A DNA stretch of 62,522 nt, the filler included, from a bacterium (GTDB taxonomy: Bacteria > JALSQH01): the NCBI GenBank assembly GCA_027004335.1. It is 8 parts of 8 records of this genome, joined end to end, with 100 filler letters (N's around TTAATTAATTAA, not from the genome) between each part and the next. Parts side by side here need not be neighbours in the genome. Positions count along the whole stretch, not along the records: positions 42,257 to 57,221 come from JALTID010000025.1; positions 57,322 to 62,522 come from JALTID010000026.1; 6 more parts are not named here. One strand, 5' to 3'. Of the stretch, positions 50,901 to 60,526 are shown piece after piece. A program made the position numbers and the translations under genes. Under the pieces are notes generated by a model. The model was not told the origin of the DNA and did not search any database. It saw only the letters and a program-made list of their open reading frames with translations. Every line of letters begins with the position of its first letter. The stretch's first letter is position 1.

Positions 50901-53407
50901 TACTCTGGGGAAATCTCGTGTAGTGAATCCGTTACATACTCAGTATAATAAGGTATTTTGTCTTTGATAACAACATCATGAGCAGTACGTTCCCCAACAT
51001 TTGTAACTACAAGAAAATAGGTAAATAGATCACCTGAATGAACCTCCCCCAGAGTATCAGCAGAAGAATATTTGTACGCCTCTATAACCGGGGGTACCAC
51101 AAGAGAAGTAACAACATTGGAATAAACTTTACCAAGATTATCACTCAATAACATAACCTTATTCTTGATAATTGTCCCTGCTGGTACAGGGAGTACCTGT
51201 ACAGTTAAATTAGATGCATAAAATTCTCCTTTACCAAGATCTCCCACCTGCCACGCTACTGAGTTGCTTCCAGCATCATAAGAACATCCATTGTCACATC
51301 CTGAAAATTTCAAGTTGCTGGAGAGATAATCTATCACAGAAAGATTTTTGGCTACATCTGAATCATTCTTAGAAGTATTTGTTACAAATATCTGATAGGT
51401 AAAATCTTCATAAACTCCTACAGTAGGTGATGTAACAGATTTTGTCGCCCTGAGATAGGTCTTTGCAATTTTAATCTCATCAGTAGGATTCATCTCCACT
51501 CCATAATAAGTCCCTCTGGCAGTACCATCAATCTTATATGAACCATCTGTGAGAGTTCCCGGGAAATCTAATTGAAATTCCAGATGAAGAATTTCATTTG
51601 CATTTAAAGTATAATCAGGATCCCACTCCAGATACTGGTAGGTTGAATCTTGTGTAATTGCAGGTTCAACATAGGAAGTTGTACCATCAGGATAAACAAT
51701 TTTTCCTGTTGGATGCTGATAGGTGATCCCCAGTGGATAGTAGATTCTCACGCTAGTTACTGTAACTGGCAGATAATTCCCGGTTGAAATATCAGCGGTG
51801 ATTGTTACTGTCCCACCATAGGATGGTACAGTAGAATTATTGGAATCAAGAGAGATATCAAGAATATGAGCTATGAAAGATTGAGAAAGAGGAAGAATGG
51901 AATAACCAAGATCAAGATACGGGGTGCCCTTACCTGCGACTTCCGGATCTTCACCATAAACTGTTACAATGGAATTTGTAGCAATAATATGGGCACCAGT
52001 TTCATCGTTGTCATTGGGATCGTAAATTTTCAAAAAATCATAAGTACCTAAAACATAAGGACCCGGGTCTAAATTTCCGTCACCATCTGTATCAATTTCA
52101 TCAAAAGTACCATCATTATCAAGATCTACCTTAACTTCTGTACCAGGAACTGAAGCGGCAACAAAAACAGGAGAACCATTGGCACTTAGATCTTCACTGC
52201 CTGGTGCCCACGAAACATAAGTCTCAGACTCAAGCAACCTTGTTGGAATGAGGGAGTAACCCCAATCATACACTACAGACTGATAATCAAAAGCCACAAC
52301 CCCCCAGAAGAGGGAATCGCTTCTTAACCTGACAAGTGAATCCTGAGGTATCTCGTTACCTATTAATGTTTTGTAACTACTCACTTCATAAGGCGCTAAC
52401 TGAAAATTCTCACCTGATGTATGGTTGTTGTCGTATATTGTAATATTGATTGTGGAGCTGTTGGGATTGAAAATATAGATATTTGCAGGATATTGAGAGG
52501 TGCTTACCACAGGTGCAATATAATCCCTGCCCCAGACTTTAATGGGGAGTACATCATAGAATCTTGTCTGATACTGACCAAATGAACCTGTTAAAAGAGA
52601 AATTTGAATCTCCTTATTTGAAATTACTCTCATGCCAGAGAGAACTCTTATATGAAGAGAAGCGTTTGTAACATCATTAAAATATCCTAGGGTATTGTAA
52701 AAATCTCCCTTATTCAAATGGACAGTAAGTTGGGTATTTCCGTTGTCCAGCAAAACCGTAGTATCATCATCAAAGGCTTGAATCTCAAGAGCTACATATT
52801 TAAAAATAGAAAAATCTCCTCCGTCACTATCATAAATATCCTCTCCGAAAGGGATTACATAGGAGTAGTACCCTTCAAATGCAGCTTTTGGATAAATTTC
52901 AAATGCTCCTCCTATATAACTCTGGTTATGAGGCCAGATGCTATGGGCAACATCTACAGGTCCCCCAATAGAGATTATCCTGTCTCCAGCATCATATCTT
53001 AAAGACTTACCTCTAATTCTAGTAGGCACACTACCATTTATGTTATCCACATTTCCCTGGTCACTTTCAAGAGAAAGAACCTGTCCCCTGTTAAGTGTGT
53101 AAACCTCAGTAGTTGGCTGGGTAGGATTTAAGGGATACTTCTCATATCCATCTTCCCAATGGTCATATATTATTTTTTGATTATCAAGAGTGGCAGTAAG
53201 AGTAACCACAGAATCAAGATAGTAGGACAGTTGATCATTTGTTCCCTCTTCTATATTGATATAGTGAAAAAATCTGCGCAACTGATATTCCCTACCTATC
53301 ACATAATATTCCTGAATTCCAGCAGGAATTTTTCTCCCCATAAGATCAAGAGGAAACAAAAGGAGGAAAAATAGTATTAATGAAAAAACAAAGTCTCTTC
53401 CCTTCAT
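47918..53407 (-). CDS. 1829-aa cell-surface protein: N-terminal beta domains, DUF11-like repeats, thrombospondin type-3-like Ca-binding repeats, Cys-containing CTERM sorting signal
   Basis: Signal peptide; TY.I.VTN..A.....D units; dozens of DxDxDGxxD motifs; ends GGGGCS..FDP-TM-KKRR. Confidence 0.85.
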   Translation of the reverse strand: MKGRDFVFSLILFFLLLFPLDLMGRKIPAGIQEYYVIGREYQLRRFFHYINIEEGTNDQLSYYLDSVVTLTATLDNQKIIYDHWEDGYEKYPLNPTQPTTEVYTLNRGQVLSLESDQGNVDNINGSVPTRIRGKSLRYDAGDRIISIGGPVDVAHSIWPHNQSYIGGAFEIYPKAAFEGYYSYVIPFGEDIYDSDGGDFSIFKYVALEIQAFDDDTTVLLDNGNTQLTVHLNKGDFYNTLGYFNDVTNASLHIRVLSGMRVISNKEIQISLLTGSFGQYQTRFYDVLPIKVWGRDYIAPVVSTSQYPANIYIFNPNSSTINITIYDNNHTSGENFQLAPYEVSSYKTLIGNEIPQDSLVRLRSDSLFWGVVAFDYQSVVYDWGYSLIPTRLLESETYVSWAPGSEDLSANGSPVFVAASVPGTEVKVDLDNDGTFDEIDTDGDGNLDPGPYVLGTYDFLKIYDPNDNDETGAHIIATNSIVTVYGEDPEVAGKGTPYLDLGYSILPLSQSFIAHILDISLDSNNSTVPSYGGTVTITADISTGNYLPVTVTSVRIYYPLGITYQHPTGKIVYPDGTTSYVEPAITQDSTYQYLEWDPDYTLNANEILHLEFQLDFPGTLTDGSYKIDGTARGTYYGVEMNPTDEIKIAKTYLRATKSVTSPTVGVYEDFTYQIFVTNTSKNDSDVAKNLSVIDYLSSNLKFSGCDNGCSYDAGSNSVAWQVGDLGKGEFYASNLTVQVLPVPAGTIIKNKVMLLSDNLGKVYSNVVTSLVVPPVIEAYKYSSADTLGEVHSGDLFTYFLVVTNVGERTAHDVVIKDKIPYYTEYVTDSLHEISPEYIHLTDDSGDDAGDYNYTSSNGPSFSVSQITSGETYIFAFSVRVVSGNNWETITNTFSYESVELIQSQSPLHTIQILPADIDGDGIPNLVEDRIGTDRLNPDTDGDGISDGDEVLPDLNNPPDTDGDGTIDALDTDSDNDGIPDSVEAGDSSLSTPPVDTDNDGIPDFRDPDSDNDTILDKNEGTADPDGDNIPAFRDTDSDGDSLTDTYEAGDMDPTTPPSWDHDNDGKPDFLDADDDNDGISTYVEMNTSVYGNPATDQDIDGDGIKNYLDLDSDGDEKSDQIEGTGDIDGDGIPNFLDKDDSDGPLGDPDHDSLLNKDEDTYGTDKYNPDTDGDGLSDYTEVVTTTTDPTLRDSDGDTIPDPVEVGPDIYHPYSSDITTGSCPGVTDTTIDALDTDSDGDGISDYVEVGYGTLATPPVDSDGDRIPDYRDRDSDNDGICDYTEARPFNPDGTPADADGDGIPDYLDRDSDNGGVPDYIENQMGTNPRDPSDDKIVDSDGDNLPDLYEDSIPGLDKNNPDSDGDGIRDDLDDLDGDGFNNYGEYYCGTDILNPDTDGDHITDGREEDFMPEEVTNPTCGPDTDGDGRSDFLDNDSDNDGISDLYESYSPDVTTADVADHDNDGIFDFRDTDSDNDFISDHEEAQDLKNPVDSDGDGTPDIIDSDSDNDNIPDKIEAGDKSYSTPASDADNDGIPNYLDKDSDNDTIADIDEGYSDPDSDGTPNFLDLDSDNDSVPDSVEAGDADLSTPPVNHDGDSKPDFIDTDDDNDGIPTYTENNTDINGDSVPDRDVDRDGIPNYLDSDSDGDGKSDLVEGTGDIDGDGIPNYLDANDEDGPLGDLDHDYISNHDEGYEVKYDNDGDGIPDYLDHDSDNDGLSDAEEAGDKDLTTPPIDSDGDGIPDFRDPDSNNNGIPDGEEGTGDSDHDGIPDYRDLTPQPSQPSSSGIKGKKIPGNYKFFGGGGCSFMPGNQEDFDPVFLLLFGFGFIIIIVKKRR

Positions 53408-54696
53408 TTTTCCCCTCCTTTAAAATTTATCTTGACTGACAAATGATTATCAAGAATATCCATATATTTCCTTACCTCTTCTATCGAAAAACGAGGAAAC
53501 CAATACATAATGGATTTAATAAAGATCTTCCCTTTTTTAACGCTTTCAAGACCTTTTATTGTATAACCAATATCACAATGTTCACCTGGCTCCCCTTCTG
53601 GTGGATCCGAATGAGATAGATCATCTTTAAAATACAGATTAACATCAATTGAGGGGTTACCAGGGGCTGACCAGATAATCCTGTTAAACCATCCAGCTGG
53701 CATCTCACCAGTTCCAGCATTAGCCATCCAGGAAAAATTTGAGGGATCAAGAGAAGTACTCTTTTTTGAAGCATAACCATCAACTTCAACAGGAGAAGTA
53801 TTGTTGGAGTTATAAAATATTCTCTTTCCTGCTGAGGAGAGCATATCCACACTCACACGAAAGGAAACCTTCCTCAGGAACATACCAACATCAAAGGGTA
53901 GATCTACAATTACAGGAAATTCAAAACTATCTCTGTAAAAAATTGTCACAATCTCTGCTGCAGGGGAGGGGATCTTCCAGAAGAGAGTCTGCCAGTTTTT
54001 GGTCAATCTTACAACTCTTACAGGTCCCGCATGGTAAGAAATCAGCTTTGTCTCAAAATCTTCTTCAGTTTTATTGATGGTTATAAAACCTCCAATAAGC
54101 TTCGCTGAAAATCTGATCTTCATTCTATCAATGTTATTTTTTCCCGATCCCCCCGCTTCTTTCTTAATCCCAAGAATATCAAAGAAAATAGGATGCTCAG
54201 TATTAAACTGAAGGAAGTACCTGGTAGTTTCTATCCTGTGCTTTTCTGGCAAATATTCAATATATTTTTTATCTGACAGAGGCAGAGAAGGATCAATTTT
54301 TACATATACCCATCCCTTACCACCATCCACGGGGTCTCCAACTTCCAGCTCATACCATCCATCTCCTCTATCACACCTATCACCGGTATCTTCTGCCATA
54401 AAGACTAATTCATCTTCGTCATTAAATAAACCATCACCTTTCTGAGGATAGGGACCTTCCGGCAATATATATTTGCCATCTTTTTTTTCATCCACCTGAA
54501 AGGGAATAGGAACAACTTTTCCTTTATTACAGGAAAAAACTCTTATCAATTTAATCTTGGCAGCAGCAAAGGGGATATCAGTGGCGGATACTACCACAGG
54601 ATCTATTACTCTCTTTAATGTCTTGTGTTGAAGAACTTCCATTTTTTCTCCCCCAAGGTTAAGAGAGAAGAGCAATAATAGTACCAGCTTTAACAA
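53404..54696 (-). CDS. Secreted hypothetical protein
   Basis: SD AAGGAGG + TTG start; signal peptide; PIPFQVDEK, DELVFM, GPVRV motifs. Confidence 0.75.
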   Translation of the reverse strand: MLKLVLLLLFSLNLGGEKMEVLQHKTLKRVIDPVVVSATDIPFAAAKIKLIRVFSCNKGKVVPIPFQVDEKKDGKYILPEGPYPQKGDGLFNDEDELVFMAEDTGDRCDRGDGWYELEVGDPVDGGKGWVYVKIDPSLPLSDKKYIEYLPEKHRIETTRYFLQFNTEHPIFFDILGIKKEAGGSGKNNIDRMKIRFSAKLIGGFITINKTEEDFETKLISYHAGPVRVVRLTKNWQTLFWKIPSPAAEIVTIFYRDSFEFPVIVDLPFDVGMFLRKVSFRVSVDMLSSAGKRIFYNSNNTSPVEVDGYASKKSTSLDPSNFSWMANAGTGEMPAGWFNRIIWSAPGNPSIDVNLYFKDDLSHSDPPEGEPGEHCDIGYTIKGLESVKKGKIFIKSIMYWFPRFSIEEVRKYMDILDNHLSVKINFKGGEK

Positions 54697-55492
54697 AATT
54701 CCCCTCCTTCACTGAAGATGATAATTTACCTTTTTCTAAAAGGAGAATTATTGTAGATCCCATTCCAAAAAACCCCATTTCTTCCCCTGCCTTTGCCTTG
54801 ATTTCTGCAGAAATTCTTTCCGGGTACCGCCTTTTGAATCTATTTGTTTTCAGTTCAGGCCAGTGAGTCATATGTATCTCACCCACCGCAGAGGCACCAA
54901 CTATTACTACTCCAACTTTTCCTGAAGCAGTTTCAACTAATACAAAAACTCTCTCGTTCATAGTATATAGCCCTGGGATTTTGCTGTCGGCAGCAGGATT
55001 AACAGGGAAAATCTTTCCTGGAAAATATGAAAATTTCTTAATGGTTCCGGTAACAGGATAGTGAAACCTATGATAATCCCCCGGGCGAAGGTATATCGTT
55101 ACAAAAAATCCATTATGAAAAAAGGGAGAGAATTCTTCCCCAATCAGGGAAGATAAAGTATAAAAATATTTTTTCGCCTGAATTAGTTGAGCTTCCCTAA
55201 CATCTCCGAAGTCCCTTATGATTCCATCAGAGGGGGAAGAGACAACATCTATCTCATCAGGAAAAACTCTTATCCCCTTCTTCAACTTTCTTGTAAAAAA
55301 AGCGTAGAGGGAGTGATACTCCTCAAGAGGCAACTCAACCTCATCAATATTGACACCAAACTTAGCCGCATAGGCACCTAATACAATTTTATTCAAAGGA
55401 GAGGGAAGATAGGTTCTGGAGAACTCCCCAACCGCTTTGCTGTACATAAAAAAAGGAAGATTTAAAAAATCAAATTTCAACTTTTTCTTCAC
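54659..55492 (-). CDS. psd: Phosphatidylserine decarboxylase proenzyme
   Basis: FFTRKLK, SPSDG, YLRPGDYHRFH, NER, FGMGSTII cleavage motif. Confidence 0.94.
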   Translation of the reverse strand: MKKKLKFDFLNLPFFMYSKAVGEFSRTYLPSPLNKIVLGAYAAKFGVNIDEVELPLEEYHSLYAFFTRKLKKGIRVFPDEIDVVSSPSDGIIRDFGDVREAQLIQAKKYFYTLSSLIGEEFSPFFHNGFFVTIYLRPGDYHRFHYPVTGTIKKFSYFPGKIFPVNPAADSKIPGLYTMNERVFVLVETASGKVGVVIVGASAVGEIHMTHWPELKTNRFKRRYPERISAEIKAKAGEEMGFFGMGSTIILLLEKGKLSSSVKEGNFVKAGTIIALLS

Positions 55493-55574
55493 ATAATAAT
55501 TTTACCACTTTTCTAAGATTCATAAAGATCCCCAATTTTACACAAAACCTAATTCTGCTATAATTTATCTGATT

Positions 55575-56324
55575 ATGTATGGTTTTATCCTTCATCTTCA
55601 AAATATAACTTTACTTTTCTGGGATATTTTAAAGGGCCTCTTTTCCAGGCCCTTCTATTGGGAAGATTTATTAAAAGAAATGGATGCATTGGGAGTTGAT
55701 TCCCTTCCCATAACCGTTTTAACTGGAATTTTCCTCGGTCTTGTCCTGACACTCCAAGCGGCAATAGGAGTGGAAAAAATCGGTGCAGTCAGCCTTGTAC
55801 CCAGAGCAGTAGCCATGTCACTTGTAAGGGAAATTGGTCCTGTTATGGGTTCCCTCATGATTGCAGGCAGGGTAGGAGCGGGCATAACCTCTCAGGTTGG
55901 TTCAATGAAGGTTACCTTTCAACTTGATGCGATGAGATCCCTTGGAACTGATCCTCTGAGGAAATTGATTCTACCAAAATTTCTTGCTATTACAATAATG
56001 TTACCTCTTTTAATAATTATCCTGGATTTTATAGGATTATTGAGCGCATATTTTATGGCAAGTATCAACCTTAATATCGGGAGTGTTTTATTCTGGAATG
56101 AAGTAATAAATACAAATGGTTTTGTAAATATCATAAATGCTTTTATAAAATCTTTCGTTTTTGGCACAATCATAGGTCTTATTGGAAACTACTACGGATT
56201 GATCTCAGAAGGTGGAACAGAAGGAGTTGGAATTTCCACCACAAGATCAGTTATTGTTATTTTTGTATCCATCCTGGCGGCGGATTTTGTTCTTACAAAA
56301 ATTTTCTATGAATTAATGATATGA
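55575..56324 (+). CDS. mlaE: MlaE-family ABC permease
   Basis: GVDSLPI, REIGPV, AGRVG, GGTEGVG.STT. Confidence 0.93.
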   Translation: MYGFILHLQNITLLFWDILKGLFSRPFYWEDLLKEMDALGVDSLPITVLTGIFLGLVLTLQAAIGVEKIGAVSLVPRAVAMSLVREIGPVMGSLMIAGRVGAGITSQVGSMKVTFQLDAMRSLGTDPLRKLILPKFLAITIMLPLLIIILDFIGLLSAYFMASINLNIGSVLFWNEVINTNGFVNIINAFIKSFVFGTIIGLIGNYYGLISEGGTEGVGISTTRSVIVIFVSILAADFVLTKIFYELMI

Positions 56325-57043
56325 AAACAATGCTTGAAGTAGATAATCTCTGGTTTAAATATGAAGACAGATATATTCTGAAGGGGATCTCTCTCAAATT
56401 ATTTGAGGGGGAAAATCTGATCATTTTAGGTGGAAGCGGCGGAGGAAAAAGTACAATTCTCAGGGTGCTCTTAGGTCTTGAAGAAGTAGATAAAGGCAAG
56501 ATTATCATAATGGGTGAGGATGTGACACATCTTAGGGAAGATGAATGGTTCGGAGTTAGAAAAAAAATTGGAATGGTATTTCAAGATGGGGCACTTTTCG
56601 ATTTTCTTTCTGTAAGAGGAAATGTTGGATATAGACTATATGAACAACGATTGCCACAGGATGAAATTGAAAAAATTGTAAGAGAAAAATTGAGAATTGT
56701 GGGACTTGAGGATGTGATTGACTATATGCCATCAGAATTGAGCGGTGGGATGAAGAGGAGAGTAGCAATTGCAAGAGCGCTTGTGGGTGATCCGCCAATA
56801 ATGTTCTATGATGAGCCTACGACGGGCCTTGATCCTATCACAGCTAAGATCATTGTAAGGCATATAAACTCTCTTAGAGACAAATTTGGAGTTGCTTCCA
56901 TCGTAGTAACGCATGAACTAAATTACGCTTACATGCTGGCAGATAGAATAATGATGCTGAAAGATGGAACTTTTATTTTTGAAGGGAAATCGGAGGATTT
57001 GGTTAAATGCGCAGACCCATACATAAAAGAATTTGTTAAATAG
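56321..57043 (+). CDS. mlaF: MlaF-family ABC ATPase
   Basis: GGSGGGKS, FQDGALFD, LSGGMKRRV, YDEPTTGLDP. Confidence 0.93.
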   Translation: MKTMLEVDNLWFKYEDRYILKGISLKLFEGENLIILGGSGGGKSTILRVLLGLEEVDKGKIIIMGEDVTHLREDEWFGVRKKIGMVFQDGALFDFLSVRGNVGYRLYEQRLPQDEIEKIVREKLRIVGLEDVIDYMPSELSGGMKRRVAIARALVGDPPIMFYDEPTTGLDPITAKIIVRHINSLRDKFGVASIVVTHELNYAYMLADRIMMLKDGTFIFEGKSEDLVKCADPYIKEFVK

Positions 57044-57052
57044 GAGAAGAAA

Positions 57053-57221
57053 ATGGCTAAAAGAAAAGGGTCGGGACTAAGAGTAGGAATAATTGTTTTT
57101 ACCTCTCTGATAATTCTCCTTGTTGTAATTTTCATTCTTGGACAGAGAGGTGGAATATTCGCAAGTTACTATACACTTAAGGCTCAATTTCCCAAGGTAA
57201 ATGGTCTTATCGTTGGTTCCC
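57053..57221 (+). CDS. mlaD: MlaD/MCE protein (3' partial)
   Basis: TM helix then YTLKAQF..VNGL.VGS; follows mlaEF. Confidence 0.85.
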
Positions 57222-57321
57222 NNNNNNNNNNNNNNNNNNNNNNNNNNNNNNNNNNNNNNNNNNNNTTAATTAATTAANNNNNNNNNNNNNNNNNNNNNNN
57301 NNNNNNNNNNNNNNNNNNNNN
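57222..57321. other. Artificial contig linker
   Basis: N/TTAATTAATTAA/N spacer. Confidence 0.99.
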
Positions 57322-57530
57322 CACTGGTAGCTATTATCAGAAAGAATTGCGAATTTATCTTCCTCTTTGATCCCCAATTTCAAAAGAGCACTTGCAAGAG
57401 TTATTATATCCTTCCTTGCCTGGTCCCAGCTGATCTCATGCCATTTTCCCTCTTTTTTTATCATAATTATTGTTTCGCCAGAATGCTCTTCCACTCTGGT
57501 AAAGAAAAGTTCAGGGATTGAATTAAACAT
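57322..57530 (-). CDS. Long-chain acyl-CoA synthetase (3' partial)
   Basis: GKWHEISW...LASALLKLGI...DKFAILSDN; SD GGAGG. Confidence 0.8.
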
Positions 57531-57617
57531 AATAATTTTCCTCCTTCTCTCCTATGAAATAGCACTTTTTTTTCAAGTTGTCAATGTCTTATCTGTCTTA
57601 TTGTAACTTTTGTGTTT

Positions 57618-59741
57618 CTATTTGACAACTAAGGCATCCAATACTACGGGCTTACCCTCTACTGTAACAATTGGATTCAGGTCTATCTCTTTAATCTCAG
57701 GAAAATTCAGGGAAAGGTAACTTAGTTGCACCAGCACCTCTGCCATTTTTTCAATATCTACGGGAGGATATCCTCTGAATGCTCCTAACAGTTTTTTGCT
57801 TTTTATCGATTCTACCATATCTTTTGCATCTTCTACTGTAAGGGGGGCGCAACCTGTAACATTATCTTTGAAAACTTCTGTATAGATGCCTCCAAGACCA
57901 AACATCATACATGGAGGGAATCCTTCTTTTCTTATCATTCCTGCCATAAACTCCCTTTCATATTTCACCATAGGAGCTGCCAGTATATCATATACGGGAT
58001 TGTTTTCCTTTATCTTTCTAAAAATTTCTCTTACTTCTGCCGGGGTCTTAACATTTAAAAACACCATTCCTGCTTCTGTTTTATGTTGTAAAGATGGGTG
58101 GGAACCTTTTAATACCACAGGGAATCCTATTTTTTCTGCATATTCTATTGCTTCAAGGGAAGATTTTGCAAGATACTCCTCAGGTACCGGTATCCCATAA
58201 GCTTTTAAAAGCTGCTTTGCATGATATTCATCAAATTCTTCTATGCTGTTTATTATTTTCTCTGCAAGCATGGGAGGAGCGGGGATCTTTTCAGGAAAAT
58301 CAGGTAATTTTTTTTCTCTCACCTCTCTGTATTGTTTCAGTGTTAGGATCCCCCATGCGGCTTTCTCCGGTGAGTCCAATACTGGAATATCTCCCTTCAT
58401 TAATTCTGAAATAGCATGATCTTCGTGGTCCATGAAGGATGAAACTGTTACAGGAATTTTGTATTTTTCAGGGATGGTTTTTATAAATTCCACATCTGCA
58501 AAGAAGATCTTCTCAAATTCTTCATAAGAAATTGTTATATTATCTTTAATGAGGTTGTATACCGATTTCATAAATCCTGTATCCATAATTCCATGGATTA
58601 CCATGGCGTCTACCTCACCGCTCTCCGCCACAAGTTTGGGAAGAGTCTTACCCATCAGTTCTATTTCAATTGCGAAGGTTATATCAATGGGGTTCTTGCT
58701 GCTTCCATGGGGTGGAATAAGAGGTTTTATCTTGTTTTGAAGTTCTTCTGAAAATTCCGGTACTTCCATACCCTCGCGGGTAAGGGTATCTGCCATTGCT
58801 GTGGCTGGTCCACCGGAATTGCTGACTATACCTACTCTATTACCAGCAGGGATTGGTTGAGTGGCAAGTGTCCAGCCTTTATAATAGAGTTCTTCTACTG
58901 AATAAGCTCTGATTATACCTGTCTGTCTGAAGATCCCATCATAGAAATTATCGGGGCCAGCCATAGCACCTGTATGACTTGCTCCAGATTTAGCCCCTCC
59001 TTTGCTGCCTCCTACATACTGGGCAAGGACAGGTTTTTTTCTGGTTACTTTTCTTGCAATTTTTAAAAAATTCTCTATATCTCTTATAGCTTCAATATAG
59101 ATGGCGATTGCACCTGTGTCTGAATCATCTCCCAGATATTCCAATGCATCATTTATACAGATATCTGTGGAATTACCAAGACTTATTGCTTTGCTGAATT
59201 TAATCCCCTTTTTATGAAGATATGGAAGAACCTGTGTAACATAGGTTCCGCTCTGTGATATAAATCCTAATTTCCCATTATAATCAAACATCGGAAGTAC
59301 AGTCACATTTAAGGGGAGATGTGAATTTACCACTCCCATGCAGTTGGGTCCCACAAATCTGATCCCATATTTTTTAGCTGTTTCAAATAATTGCTTTTCA
59401 AGTTTTGCCCCCTCCTCCCCGGTTTCTCTAAAGCCAGCAGTTATTATAATTGCGTGTTTTGTTCCAATTTTTCCAAATTCTTCAAATACGGGTAGAAGAT
59501 TTTTAGAGGGGATAACAAAAATAGCAAGGTCAGGAGCCTCAGGGAGATCCAGAGGGGATTTATAAGCTGGTTTACCGAGTACCTCTTTTTCTCTGTGATG
59601 GATAATATAAACTTTTCCCCTGTATCCACTGGTGATAATGTTGAGATAATGCATTGTTCCCATTTTGCTTATGTCATTGCTAACACCTACAACGGCAATG
59701 CTTGAAGGGTTAAAAATTTGGTGGAGAGCACTTTTTGACAT
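57618..59741 (-). CDS. ADP-forming acetate/acyl-CoA ligase, fused alpha-beta
   Basis: FNPSSIAVVG, GPNCMG, SQSG, ASHTGAMAG, SNSGG, NPID, HKTE, EIDLNP. Start ATG 59741. Confidence 0.92.
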   Translation of the reverse strand: MSKSALHQIFNPSSIAVVGVSNDISKMGTMHYLNIITSGYRGKVYIIHHREKEVLGKPAYKSPLDLPEAPDLAIFVIPSKNLLPVFEEFGKIGTKHAIIITAGFRETGEEGAKLEKQLFETAKKYGIRFVGPNCMGVVNSHLPLNVTVLPMFDYNGKLGFISQSGTYVTQVLPYLHKKGIKFSKAISLGNSTDICINDALEYLGDDSDTGAIAIYIEAIRDIENFLKIARKVTRKKPVLAQYVGGSKGGAKSGASHTGAMAGPDNFYDGIFRQTGIIRAYSVEELYYKGWTLATQPIPAGNRVGIVSNSGGPATAMADTLTREGMEVPEFSEELQNKIKPLIPPHGSSKNPIDITFAIEIELMGKTLPKLVAESGEVDAMVIHGIMDTGFMKSVYNLIKDNITISYEEFEKIFFADVEFIKTIPEKYKIPVTVSSFMDHEDHAISELMKGDIPVLDSPEKAAWGILTLKQYREVREKKLPDFPEKIPAPPMLAEKIINSIEEFDEYHAKQLLKAYGIPVPEEYLAKSSLEAIEYAEKIGFPVVLKGSHPSLQHKTEAGMVFLNVKTPAEVREIFRKIKENNPVYDILAAPMVKYEREFMAGMIRKEGFPPCMMFGLGGIYTEVFKDNVTGCAPLTVEDAKDMVESIKSKKLLGAFRGYPPVDIEKMAEVLVQLSYLSLNFPEIKEIDLNPIVTVEGKPVVLDALVVK

Positions 59742-59881
59742 TATTATCAACTCCTTTAAGGTTGCTATTATTTTAACAGATGTTAAAAGAGAAGGAAAGG
59801 TTACGTATTTTTGATTGGTTATAAAAGTCATACTCAGAGGATCTCATTGTAAATAAAAGTTTGTTTCCTTCTCTCATCTTT

Positions 59882-60526
59882 TTAAAAATTGTAACCAGCT
59901 GAGAAACTAAAATATGGGAAAGGAAAAACAAGGAAGTCTTCCACAGGGGCTACAATGGGGTAATTCACCCCAAAAAGAATCTGTAGCCCGTTCGATGGAG
60001 CGTATCCTATTCCTCCTTCAAAAGTAATTTCAAAGGCTGATGTTGGATTAACAGTTATTGTTCCATTTGTAAGTGGATCCTGGTATGACCATGAAGAGAA
60101 TTCAGCAATTCCAGGTTTAATATCAAACCACATTATTATTAATTTACTTCTGTAGGTTGCGGCAAAGGGAGCTTCCATCCATGTTATTGAGGGAAGATCC
60201 TCAAGGGCGTTGATCTTACTGAAACAGAAACCCGAAGAAAGATAAGTATTTTTCTTTTTCTGGTAGGTAAAGCGTAAGCTTAGAGCAAAGGTATCATTTG
60301 AAAGCATTTCTCCGTGTAGTTCAACATCCTGTGAGGGTTTTAGAGAGATGTATGGAAGGGGCATCATCCCGTAACCTATATTAACACCCCCGGAGAACTT
60401 ATTTGAACCAGATGGAGAGTAATTCATTATTGATGGGTTAACTGCGTATGTTGCACAGGAGGAAAATATCAAAAGGACAAAAATTATAATTTCTTTTAAA
60501 AATATTAGGTTACCAGGTGTAATCAT
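59882..60526 (-). CDS. Putative outer-membrane beta-barrel lipoprotein
   Basis: Lipobox FSSC; amphipathic strands; ends FSFSAGYNF. Confidence 0.6.
   Translation of the reverse strand: MITPGNLIFLKEIIIFVLLIFSSCATYAVNPSIMNYSPSGSNKFSGGVNIGYGMMPLPYISLKPSQDVELHGEMLSNDTFALSLRFTYQKKKNTYLSSGFCFSKINALEDLPSITWMEAPFAATYRSKLIIMWFDIKPGIAEFSSWSYQDPLTNGTITVNPTSAFEITFEGGIGYAPSNGLQILFGVNYPIVAPVEDFLVFPFPYFSFSAGYNF

Noticed and set aside
5386-57321. Seven recurring TTAATTAATTAA palindromes as a biological repeat, and any synteny across them
   Set aside because: Identical 100-nt N-padded linkers with stops in all frames; contig-joining artefact.
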